From Methanobacteriota archaeon (GTDB lineage: Archaea > Halobacteriota > Bog-38 > Methanoflorentales > Methanoflorentaceae), in contig CAVRAO010000006.1 in the NCBI GenBank assembly GCA_963719035.1, positions 64,001-128,000 of the forward strand: a DNA stretch of 64,000 bases. Direction: 5' to 3'. Positions 52,455 through 61,817 of this stretch are shown here, piece by piece. The first letter of the stretch is position 1. Each line of letters starts with the position of its first letter. Both the position numbers and the translations under genes were made by a program. A model generated the notes under the pieces. That model saw only the letters and a program-made list of their open reading frames with translations, did no database searches and had not been told where the DNA came from.

Positions 52455-53639
52455 ATGGCGCCGTCATATGCTGAGACGAAAGATCAAAGCGTGGTCAGCG
52501 GCGACTATTGCGCCGGGCTTCAGGAACCAACAGACGATATGCACGACACCCCCGAGGAGATGGCGCAGTGGGGACCGCTTGCTGCCGCTCTCCAAAGCTG
52601 CCAAGACATCGTCGAACCGGCGTATCAGGCGGCGGATCACACGGCTGTGCACTTCCAGAGACAACATCAGGCCATTACCGTCGCGGCCGCCGTCTTCGGT
52701 ACCTTCGCTGTCCTTTTTGCGATCCTCCAGCTGCCCCGAATTATCAGCGGATTTGTCGTATCGATTCCCGTAGCTGAGGGCATCACGGCGGCAATCGCGT
52801 TCATAGCGGTCCTGCTCGGCATCTTCACGCTTCGACAAGTGAGGTGGATGTTCCTCCGCCATAAGGCTGAGCGGTTCAAGTTCCTCAAGTTCCACTTTTT
52901 GATTGACCCGCATCTTTGGGGCGCCGACCCCGACGAACGGGAACGAACGGCGCAATGGCTCAAATACTCGGCTAACAAGATCGCCGAACTGACGAACGAG
53001 GAGCTGGAGACCTGGGCAGAGCACGGCATCCTCCCAGAAGAGTCGGCCAGCTTAGCAGGCAGCAAGGCCGATGCGTACACGTTGTACAAGCTCGTCGATT
53101 ATTACCTAACCAAACGCTGCAGAAATCAGCTGAAGTATTTTGAACGCAAGGCCCAGCAGTTTTCAAGCAGGGATCGCTACATTAAGGCGTTGCCTCGCCT
53201 TCTGTTCTTTGGGAGCATTTTTGCCGCGCTGATGCACTTCTCCCTCGACCTTTTCGAAACGTACCTCCTCCCGCACGGGGAGGTGGCGGCTCAGACCGCC
53301 GAAGCGGCGACAGAGACTGCACCCCCCATCAACCTGACCGTGGCTTTGATCCTCGTTGCCGCTTCGCTCCCCGTCATCGGAGCGGGCGTCCGGACGTTCC
53401 GATCGGCCTACCAGCTCGCCCGCAACACGAGCCGCTACAAGGCGGCTTTCGAAGCGATCAAGCTGCCAGCCGAACGACTTGAACTTGATGCCGGACGCCT
53501 CTATGGACTCTACGCTGAGGGGCACACGGCAGTCGACGCCCACGACGTCTTTCGCGACATGTGGCGCTGTGAGCAGATCTTAGAGGCCGAACATCGCGAG
53601 TGGTTGCGCTTAATGATGGAAGCCGACTGGTTTGGCTAG
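52455..53639 (+). CDS. double SLATT (DUF4231-like) membrane protein
   Basis: AD..A..FQR + 2 TM + W...R.KAE; then R...QL.YF..KA + 2 TM + RY...E..EW; SD AGGTGTGA. Confidence 0.78.
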   Translation: MAPSYAETKDQSVVSGDYCAGLQEPTDDMHDTPEEMAQWGPLAAALQSCQDIVEPAYQAADHTAVHFQRQHQAITVAAAVFGTFAVLFAILQLPRIISGFVVSIPVAEGITAAIAFIAVLLGIFTLRQVRWMFLRHKAERFKFLKFHFLIDPHLWGADPDERERTAQWLKYSANKIAELTNEELETWAEHGILPEESASLAGSKADAYTLYKLVDYYLTKRCRNQLKYFERKAQQFSSRDRYIKALPRLLFFGSIFAALMHFSLDLFETYLLPHGEVAAQTAEAATETAPPINLTVALILVAASLPVIGAGVRTFRSAYQLARNTSRYKAAFEAIKLPAERLELDAGRLYGLYAEGHTAVDAHDVFRDMWRCEQILEAEHREWLRLMMEADWFG

Positions 53640-53718
53640 TCCAGAAAAAAGCGCTTAGAAGAACGAAAAACGTCAAAAGGCGCTCTGTGGCGGCGGAATC
53701 GCCGATCGCGCATACAGC

Positions 53719-53735
53719 CGAAAAGCTTAATATAA
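53719..53735 (+). promoter_or_regulatory. BRE-TATA promoter of the TIR gene
   Basis: CGAAAAG-CTTAATATA about 65 nt upstream of ATG 53801. Confidence 0.5.
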
Positions 53736-53800
53736 GAAGCGATCAACAAGCTTGAACAATTGTTTGTCACTAACTGCCACGGTATGTAAACTGGTGTACC

Positions 53801-54835
53801 ATGGGCGATAACATCTTCATCAGCTACTCTTCAAAAAATAAGGCCATCGCTGACGCCGTTTGTCATAAGCTTGAAGAACGGAAGATGAAATGCTGGATTG
53901 CGCCTCGTGACATCCTGCCTGGTGCAAATTACGCTGAAGAGCTCATTAATGCTATTGATAACAGCAAGCTCTTTGTGCTCATTTTTTCCAAAGACTCGAA
54001 CCAGTCACAACACGTGCTTCGAGAGTGCGAGCGCGCCGTCTCCCACGGGATTCCTATCATTCCGTTCCGCATAGAGGACGTGCTTCCCGGCGCTGCGCTG
54101 CAATACTTCATCGGGCCACAGCATTGGCTCGATGCGATAACTGCGCCGTGTGACGCTCATATAAATCGCCTCGCTGATACTGTTAACATTCTCCTTACCC
54201 AAGAAGACCTCACGCAGAAGAGCGCCGGCGAAATGCTCGCTGATGCCGAAGCGCTCGCGGTACAGCGGCAACAACAGGTCACAAAGATGAAGCGGACCAC
54301 GATGGTGCTCGCTGCCGCGATAGTCGTGCTCGCCGTTATCGGCGGTGGGTGGTTTATTTCTCAACAGATGAGTCAGGCGAGCATGAACCTCGTGCCGTAT
54401 GTGAACGCTGCTGCTGGATTCAAGATGGAAGCCCCGCAAGGATGGGAAAAGGTTGATCGGACACCCACTACCGACAATCCAATAGCAGCGATTTTCTATT
54501 TGCCGACGAATAATAAGTCCGAACAAGTTAACATCATAGTGACGCCGGCAGAAGGTGCCGACTTTGATAAGGTGACGACGACTAACCTGGATAACGCACA
54601 AACGTTGGTGGACAATAAAAAGATCGACATGATCGAGTCAAGCGAAACCACGTTAGGCGGTCAGACGGCGTACAAGATCGTCTACAACAATAATGCCGCC
54701 GGCTTGAGGAGTATGCAAATCTGGACCGTCAAAAACGATACGGTCTACCAATTCACTTATAACGCGCAGCCACAGCACTACAACGATTATATTGCGACCG
54801 TCCAAAAGATGGTCGACTCGTTCCAAATCACGTAA
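53801..54835 (+). CDS. TIR domain - single TM - PsbP/DcrB-like extracellular domain protein
   Basis: IFISYSS, CWIAPRDI.PG..Y...I..AI, S..V.RE (catalytic-Glu position), QHWLDA; TM MVLAAAIVVLAVIGGGWFI; Y.N...GF.M..P.GW...TTLGGQTAYKIVY...MVDSFQI. Confidence 0.88.
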   Translation: MGDNIFISYSSKNKAIADAVCHKLEERKMKCWIAPRDILPGANYAEELINAIDNSKLFVLIFSKDSNQSQHVLRECERAVSHGIPIIPFRIEDVLPGAALQYFIGPQHWLDAITAPCDAHINRLADTVNILLTQEDLTQKSAGEMLADAEALAVQRQQQVTKMKRTTMVLAAAIVVLAVIGGGWFISQQMSQASMNLVPYVNAAAGFKMEAPQGWEKVDRTPTTDNPIAAIFYLPTNNKSEQVNIIVTPAEGADFDKVTTTNLDNAQTLVDNKKIDMIESSETTLGGQTAYKIVYNNNAAGLRSMQIWTVKNDTVYQFTYNAQPQHYNDYIATVQKMVDSFQIT

Positions 54836-55149
54836 TTGGCGCGCGCGCCACGGAAGGTGCCTTTTTCTTTCTCAACTCACTATTTGGACATTTGCCTTCG
54901 CTTTAAACATCAGTTAAAAGGCGCCAAGGCGGTTCACGATCCAGCGGGCTTATCCAATTGTTTAGTTCATGTGGGGTCGCTGACTTAATAGGCTCGACGG
55001 TCACTTTAGCGGCTAGCGTTATGTCTATGCGTAAACGGCATAGCGGCGTTCAACAGAAACGTTTATGAGGGTAAACTCTGTCTTTTTTCCGCATGGTGCT
55101 GCGCTTTGCAGCAACAGCTACGTTACGTAATTTTCACAAGGCGATCAAG

Positions 55150-56525
55150 ATGAATGACGACAGCAACTTAAAAAGCCTCCTTGCTGATTTAGGGAGTTCG
55201 GAATGGCACACGAGAGTTGAGGCCGTGCGAGCGCTCCGTAAGCTCGGCGACAAGCGTGCCGTGGAGCCCGTCATTGGTACGTTGAGCGACGAAAACAAGG
55301 TGGTGCGCAAGTACGCGGCATACACGCTCGACAAGCTCGGCGACAAGCGTGCCGTGGAGCCGCTTATAACCACGCTAAGCGACGAGAGCACGAGCGTTAG
55401 GAGCATGGCAGCTCAATCACTCGGCCACCTCGGCGATGCGCGGGCCGTTGAGCCGCTTATAGATTCCTTGAACGACGAGGAATGGCTCGTTCGCGATGCA
55501 GCAGCACATGCGCTCAGTCACCTCGCCGACAAGCGTGCCGTGGAGCCGCTCCTTACTGCAATCAACGACGAGCACTGGTTCGTTCGCGAAGCCGCAGTGC
55601 GCGCTGTTAGCAAGTTGGATGATGAACGGGCCCTGGAACCGCTCATTTCCGAGGCGTTTAATGACGAGCACTGGTTCGTTCGCGAAGCCGCAGTGCAATC
55701 GCTCGCATCGCTTGGCGACCCGCGGGCCGTTGAACCACTCATCACGATTGTGACGAGTCCAAAAAGCGACGCGGAGAGAAGTACCATGGGCGACATATAC
55801 GTTCGAAAGGCGGCGGCACAGGCGCTGGGCACGCTCCACGATAAACGAGCTATGGAACCGCTCATTGTCGCGTTGACCGACGAGTACCCGTAGTTCGTGA
55901 AGAAGCAGCCCGTGGTCTCGGTCAGCTCCACGATAAACGCCCTGTTACTCGACTTATCCGCGCGTTGGACGATGAATATTGGACCGTCCGCGAAGCAGTA
56001 GCACGCAGTCTTGGCCAGATTAATGACGACCGGGCCGAAGACGCCCTCTTTGACACCGCTGTGGGCAACCGGCCCTGGATTCGTGACCTGGATGACCAGG
56101 ACAAGTACGTGCGCAGTGTGGCGACACACTCCCTCTGGAAAATGGGCGATATGCGCGCCATCGATGCGCTGATCGACAACCTGCAGAGCGAGGATCGCTT
56201 TGTGCGCAAAGCCGCAGCTGAAACGCTTGGGGAGCTCGGTGACAACCGCGCGGTTGATCCGCTCGTTGATGTTCTCGCCAATTCTGATAGCAACGACCGA
56301 GCGCACGCAGCTGACGCGTTAGGCAAGATCGGCGATGCGCGGGCCGTTGAGCCGCTGATCCACGCCTTAGGCAATGAAAATTCGTCAGTTCGTAACTACG
56401 CAGCTTACGCCCTCGGTCAACTCAAAGATCCGCGGGCGATCGATCCGCTCACTCGAGCTTCTAATGATGTTGACATCGACGTCCGAGATTCCGCTGCTCA
56501 CGCATTGTGGAGGCTTCAACGCTGA
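55150..56525 (+). CDS. PBS-lyase/HEAT repeat protein (single-base frameshift near 55890)
   Basis: About 13 VR..AA.ALG.LGD.RAVEPLI..L.D units; reading resumes as VREEAARGLGQLHDKR in another frame across the TAG. Confidence 0.88.
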
Positions 56526-56756
56526 AGAGAGTGTCTCTCGCTTATAGTCGCGCGACTTATTCGTACCTCGACCGCGGGCCCCCCTCAAGACCTATTTAGC
56601 CCGCTTTAGGTAAACAACGTTCTTTTTAAGGCGCGGTTTGAATAAGAGCCCAGAGCAGAAGTGGTCAGAAAAGTTAATCAAAAAAAGACCTGCAAAATCT
56701 TCCTCAAGCGGCGCACAAACTGCTGTGCGCCAAGTTTAGGCTACATGTCGTTTCTC

Positions 56757-57267
56757 TCACGCCGCAGAAGCTTTGATTCCCTTCTCAAGAGTTGAGACAA
56801 AGTTCTGGACCGTTGGGATGTGTTTTCCTTTTACAACCTCTTTCGTTGTCGTGTAGAAAGTCGCGACCGGAGGCTTACCGGCGAGTTCCTGCATATCCTG
56901 CAGCGTGGTCTTATTCCCAGAGAAGTCATAAGTGCAGAAGAACGCAGCGTTTTTTACTTTGCCAGCGTTTTGCACCATGTTACGTCCTAAGTGCACTGGC
57001 CACTGTATACGCCCATACCGGGCCGCCAAGTATTACGACGTCATACGACGAGGGATCGTACATCGTCGGCTTGATCGGAACCTCTTTCTTTTCTGTCGAC
57101 TCTTGGTAAGAGAGTTTGTAGCCTGCAGTGCCCGCTCGATTGGTGGGATCGATGAGTTCCTCTAAGTCACATTTGAACGCCGTCTGTTGTCCAATAGTGC
57201 TCATAACCGTTCTCGCAACCTTTCTTGCCGTTCCGGTTCTAGAATAGTATGCGATGAGGCACTTCAT
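56757..57267 (-). CDS. flavodoxin-like protein (one extra base near 56981)
   Basis: YYSRTGTARKVA, YDVVILGGPVW, AFFCT; ACG-TAA-C-ATG becomes T-Y-M on removing one A. Confidence 0.85.
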
Positions 57268-57444
57268 AAGTTTAGACGGTGCCTGAAATCCTATTTAACT
57301 TTTTCTAGACCGACCCAATCCTGGATTTATCGCAAAAAGAACGAGTTGTAACTGCAGCACTGTTGGACACTGTTATCGCTGAACGCGACCCGCACCGCTC
57401 GAGTGATCGGGGACACCTGTGATCAGCGGCCGCGCCTTTAAACG

Positions 57445-57972
57445 TTAAGCTAGCAATGCCTTTCGCACTTCCCGCGCGTTTTCCTGGCTCGTCAGCACTG
57501 TTACAAGATCGATAGCAAAGTCGATGGCGGTTCCCGGTCCCTGGCTCGTGATGATCTTGCCGAAGTGCACTACCCGCTCTTCAACACGTCGCGCGCCCGC
57601 GATTTCGATTCCTGGAAAGCACGTCGCCGTCGCCCCTTCCATGATTCCTGCAACGCCGAGCACGTGCGGCGCAGCGCAAATCGCACCGACGTATTTGCCT
57701 GCGTCGTATGCTGCGCGTATAAGCTTCAATACGCGTTGATCGCGTTCGAGGTTGATATAACCGGGGTTCCCCCCTGGAAGGACCAAGGCGTCATACGTCT
57801 TGACGTCGTCGATAGAGAGGTCCGTCATCACCTTGATCCCGTGCCCACCTTCTATAGGCGAAGGGGCTATACCAGCAAGGAGGACCGATATGCCCGCACG
57901 GCGAAGGACGTCAACAATCGTGACCGTCTCGAGTTCTTCAAATCCTGGGGCAAGAAGGACAACTACATTCAT
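57445..57972 (-). CDS. DJ-1/PfpI (YajL/ThiJ-like) family protein
   Basis: GFEELE, DVLRRAG, LPGG.PG, AICAAP, TSQGPGTA. Confidence 0.93.
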   Translation of the reverse strand: MNVVVLLAPGFEELETVTIVDVLRRAGISVLLAGIAPSPIEGGHGIKVMTDLSIDDVKTYDALVLPGGNPGYINLERDQRVLKLIRAAYDAGKYVGAICAAPHVLGVAGIMEGATATCFPGIEIAGARRVEERVVHFGKIITSQGPGTAIDFAIDLVTVLTSQENAREVRKALLA

Positions 57973-58622
57973 AGGTCCCTCTCAGGCCTCTAGGCTCTTA
58001 AGCGTTTTTAACTCTGCGCAGGTCCTTCTTCCTACAACCAAGGCTATAAGTAAGGTCGCTCATCCTCTGTCGAGGCAATGCGATGCTAGAGATTATAGTT
58101 CAAGAGATTCGAGGGACATGCCCGGTGCATTCAAAAGGGGATCGTATCGTCATTAGCGGGCCCAATATCGGTACTAGCGGAAAGCGACGCGCTCTGCACC
58201 CACGCGCTCTCAACCCTTCTCCACTACACGACCGTCCTCGAACATGCGTGGTGCCCTGTTGATCTCGGCCTGACAACGCCCGAAGACCCTTCGCATGCCT
58301 ATATGCAGTGTGTAGACCCGGGGCCGCCGTATACGAAAGGTGGAACGGTCATCTTTAGGTGTCAGCAAATAGTAGGTAAGTGAGAGTATATCAGAGCACG
58401 TGTGTGCCGAAAGACGGATGTTTTCACCGTCTGTTACCGTTGAAACGACGTATAACTAAGGCTTCTCTTGCTTAACTGGCAGACAGGTAATAAGTTCTGA
58501 CAGCGTGCTTCAAGTTTTCGGCAGCTTTCGGGCTCGCGCTGCGTGGAATCACTGGAACGGAAAACGTTTAATGGTTTCGCGTACACTTACTCCCGCTTCA
58601 CGTGTAGGGGAAAGCAGTGCAT

Positions 58623-59162
58623 ATGGCGTCGCGAAAGTTGAAAGCAGTGCTCGCAGCAGCTGTGATAGCAACCGTTCTCACAAGCGGCTGTTTGTCTTCC
58701 CTTCCGTCAGGCTCCACCCCTACAGCCACGCCACAAGATTTATCCGCATCGTACGATGCTTCCTTCGTTCTGAGCGGCTGGCGTGCTGTTAGTAAATTCA
58801 CTCAAATAAAGCCCAAAACCTATGTGGGCGCTTATGCAGATGCAAAAGGGCAAAAATGGAACTTCACAGTCGAACTATTTTCAGCCGAAAACAATTCATA
58901 CGACAGGTATTTCGAGCTTATGAAAAAGAGGAGTGACGAGGGGTATATCAAAACGTCCGAATCGAAGATAGCGCTCGGAACCGGTCACACTGTCTTTGGG
59001 AGAATTGACGAGAAATGGTACGGCTACAAAGCAAGCGATTCAGCAAACCCCGCATTATATGCGTTGTTCTTTGGATATGATGAGACCGCTGAAAGCTGGG
59101 TGGTGGCAACTGCCTCAAGCGGTGCGATGATCATGACACAGACTACTACCGCGTCGTCTTAA
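58623..59162 (+). CDS. hypothetical lipoprotein
   Basis: Basic N-terminus, hydrophobic core, lipobox LTSGC, P/T linker. Confidence 0.75.
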   Translation: MASRKLKAVLAAAVIATVLTSGCLSSLPSGSTPTATPQDLSASYDASFVLSGWRAVSKFTQIKPKTYVGAYADAKGQKWNFTVELFSAENNSYDRYFELMKKRSDEGYIKTSESKIALGTGHTVFGRIDEKWYGYKASDSANPALYALFFGYDETAESWVVATASSGAMIMTQTTTASS

Positions 59163-59200
59163 CTGCCCGTTAAATGCAAAAAACTCCGACCTAAGACACA

Positions 59201-59248
59201 GAGGAGGACACCAGAGAGGAGGACACTAGAGAGGAGGACACCAGAGAG
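59201..59248. repeat. 15-bp intergenic tandem repeat x3
   Basis: GAGGAGGACAC(C/T)AGA at 59201, 59216 and 59231. Confidence 0.9.
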
Positions 59249-59322
59249 ACGGCAGCCGCTTTCATTTTCAGCGCGGATCAACGCAGCAGTTCAGACCCAT
59301 ATCGGCTTGATGCGTTCCTGAC

Positions 59323-59586
59323 CTAGTACGCGTAACTGGATTCCTTCCACCCGTACGTATCGTGAAGACTCATCCACGTCCGAATCTTCGCGACTATTAG
59401 ATAAACGTGGTTCCGCACCCGCTCCGGGATTGTAACGTCGTACATTCTATCCTGGAGGTATTGAAATGCCTCACCACTGTGAGAGCACCTCTGCATGAGC
59501 TTTTCGACAGCGTTCTCCGCACCCTTGCCCGACAAGTCGCCGAGTTCAAAAAGCAACTCATCCACTTCGGCAAAGTCTTTAAACAT
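59323..59586 (-). CDS. small hypothetical protein
   Basis: 87 aa helical ORF with TATTTAAA about 25 nt upstream (leaderless-type arrangement). Confidence 0.6.
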   Translation of the reverse strand: MFKDFAEVDELLFELGDLSGKGAENAVEKLMQRCSHSGEAFQYLQDRMYDVTIPERVRNHVYLIVAKIRTWMSLHDTYGWKESSYAY

Positions 59587-59782
59587 CACAAAAAGGTTAA
59601 AACCGCTTTAAATAACGGTTTGGTAAGCACAGCGCGAAAGTAATATGCTAAAAAAAACATTTTCACACCTTTCGTCAAACTGCTTTCTTGAGTGCTTTGC
59701 AGAACTCATTAGTCGAAAATCAAGCAGCTCTGCTCAAACTGCACGATACTGCTTCAGCGCTTCTCGCTTGAGCCCTGGATGG

Positions 59783-60015
59783 TTATGACGAATCGAGGCC
59801 ACCAAAATATCGCTTGACAAACTGGTCAGCTTCTTCGTCTCGCGGTTCAAAAAGAATTCCTTGGTCGCCAGGAAAAGGTACGCGGTGATCATGTTCCCAA
59901 GACAGGATTGCCGGCTGGTATACCATCAGGATACGCTTCACACGTCGCTCGAGGGAAAGACGACGTCGCGAAAGTGTTTGCATAACGAGCATATTGGTGT
60001 CGCGAGTAAGGTCAT
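59783..60015 (-). CDS. small Cys/His metal-binding protein (two +1 frameshifts in this sequence)
   Basis: Three frames join to MTLLATPICSLCKHFRDVVFP/RATCEAYPDGIP/AILSWEHDHRVPFPGDQGILFEP... Confidence 0.7.
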
Positions 60016-60185
60016 GGGGCGATCACTCATCTTAACGTGACAAGTGGCAAAAAAACTTTGTATGCCTTTGCACACGTTGCGAAGAATAATCTTGGCGAGT
60101 TCCGCTTGAGCGAGCTACAAGTCGCGTACTAGCTTAAGAGGATTTTTTATATAGATCGGGCGGGTATAGGGCAGCAGGTGTTAAC

Positions 60186-60716
60186 GTGACTAATTTGTGG
60201 AAATCGCTTCCTGTAGGCCCCAACCCACCCGACGTAGTGTATGCGCTTATCGAGGTGCCAAAGGGGTCGCAGAACAAGTACGAATATGAGAAAGAGCTTG
60301 GTATCTTTGCCGTCGACCGCGTGCTATATTCGCCTGTGCAATATCCAACTGACTACGGGCTCATTCCCCAGACGTACTATGATGATGGAGATCCGTTGGA
60401 CGTCATGGTGGTAATAGACGAACCAACCTTCCCTGGTTGCCTCATTGCGGTCAGGCCAATCGGCTTGATGAAGATGATCGATAGCGGCGATAACGATGAC
60501 AAGGTCTTAGCCGTACCAGATAAAGACCCAATGTACGCAGAGGTCAAAGACCTTGAAGACTTACCCCCGCACAAAATGAAAGCGATTGGACACTTTTTTG
60601 CAATATATAAACAGCTTGAGGGAAAGACGACCGAAGTAGTTGGTTGGGAAGGCGCCGTTAGTGCTAAAAAAGCGATAATGCATTCAATAGAACTCTATAA
60701 CGATAAATTCGGTTGA
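60186..60716 (+). CDS. ppa: inorganic pyrophosphatase (family I)
   Basis: NKYEY, DRVLYSP..YP.DYG, DGDPLD, DDKVLAV. Confidence 0.96.
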   Translation: MTNLWKSLPVGPNPPDVVYALIEVPKGSQNKYEYEKELGIFAVDRVLYSPVQYPTDYGLIPQTYYDDGDPLDVMVVIDEPTFPGCLIAVRPIGLMKMIDSGDNDDKVLAVPDKDPMYAEVKDLEDLPPHKMKAIGHFFAIYKQLEGKTTEVVGWEGAVSAKKAIMHSIELYNDKFG

Positions 60717-60886
60717 TTGATTTCTCGGCGTCTACAAGCTCACAAATCTAAGGTTTATTCACGAACCCAAGACTCAAAGCTTAGATCTGGCTCGAGCGTC
60801 TCTGATGTGTTAGATCATAAAGCGCGCCGAGCCGGTCCTACTGTCAAGATTTCATCGTATTAAGACTGTGCAGTGAGACAGGTGTT

Positions 60887-61708
60887 ATGGATATTACACA
60901 GCTGATACAGGCAATCGTCCTCGGGATCGTGCAGGGAGTCACTGAGTGGCTCCCCATAAGCAGCAAGGCGATGGTCTCGCTCGTTATGATAAGATTCTTC
61001 AACGCTGATGTCACCCTCTCCGAGGCCGTCTACTATGCGATCTGGCTTCACCTTGGGACGCTCTTTGCGGTCATCCTTTTTTACAGGGTCCAAGTCGTGC
61101 AAATCGTCAGAAACCTTCCCCATTATCTCTCCAACGTGCGCTCCCCGAGTGCCTATAACCGGCTTACGACGTTCTTGATAATTGCTACGTTTTGTACAGG
61201 ACTCATCGGCGCCCCGCTGATCGTCTTCGGATTAGACAAAATCCACATCACAGGCAGCGTTGCCTTTTTCTTCATCGGCGTTCTGCTCATCGTGACAGGC
61301 ATCTTCCAAAAGCTCGCTCGAAGAACGGTGAGTGCGAACAAGAGTATGTCAGTCAAGGATGCATTGCTCGTCGGCGTCATTCAGGGATTTGCCGCCCTCC
61401 CTGGACTAAGTCGATCGGGTCTCACGGTCTCCACGTTGCTGCTACGCCGATATGCGCCGACAGACGCACTCAATCTCAGCTTCCTTCTCTATATCCCGGC
61501 CGTTATCGGCGCTGAGATCGGTTTGCAGATCCTAAAGGGGGGTATTTATTATAACGCGTATGCGCTCCTAGCCGTCGTCGTCGCCTTCGCCTTTGGATTG
61601 CTGACAATAAACGTCCTTCTTAAGATCGCTGAACGCATCGATTTCAGCTACTTTGCGATTTTTATCGGCGTTCTTTGCACGCTGGCTATATTTGTGCCGT
61701 TAACTTGA
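60887..61708 (+). CDS. uppP: undecaprenyl-diphosphate phosphatase (BacA family)
   Basis: QGVTEWLPISS, HLGT, LPGLSRSG.T, SFLL.IP. Confidence 0.93.
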   Translation: MDITQLIQAIVLGIVQGVTEWLPISSKAMVSLVMIRFFNADVTLSEAVYYAIWLHLGTLFAVILFYRVQVVQIVRNLPHYLSNVRSPSAYNRLTTFLIIATFCTGLIGAPLIVFGLDKIHITGSVAFFFIGVLLIVTGIFQKLARRTVSANKSMSVKDALLVGVIQGFAALPGLSRSGLTVSTLLLRRYAPTDALNLSFLLYIPAVIGAEIGLQILKGGIYYNAYALLAVVVAFAFGLLTINVLLKIAERIDFSYFAIFIGVLCTLAIFVPLT

Positions 61709-61817
61709 AGTTCGCAGTTCCGGGACGCAGACTCACCGTTGCGAACAATTTAACAACTTAACGTAAGCATCGTCACACGTGCGAACGTTTTTAACCATTC
61801 GCGAGAACAGCGGCTTG

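Noticed and set aside
55891-55893. Pyrrolysine or amber readthrough in the HEAT gene
   Set aside because: The repeat pattern continues in a different frame, so the TAG results from a 1-nt deletion
58150-58500. Possible ncRNA or gene remnant (minus-strand peptide ending MFEDGRVVEKG)
   Set aside because: No convincing structure, start signal or family motif
59201-59248. CRISPR array
   Set aside because: 15-bp contiguous units, no spacers, no cas genes
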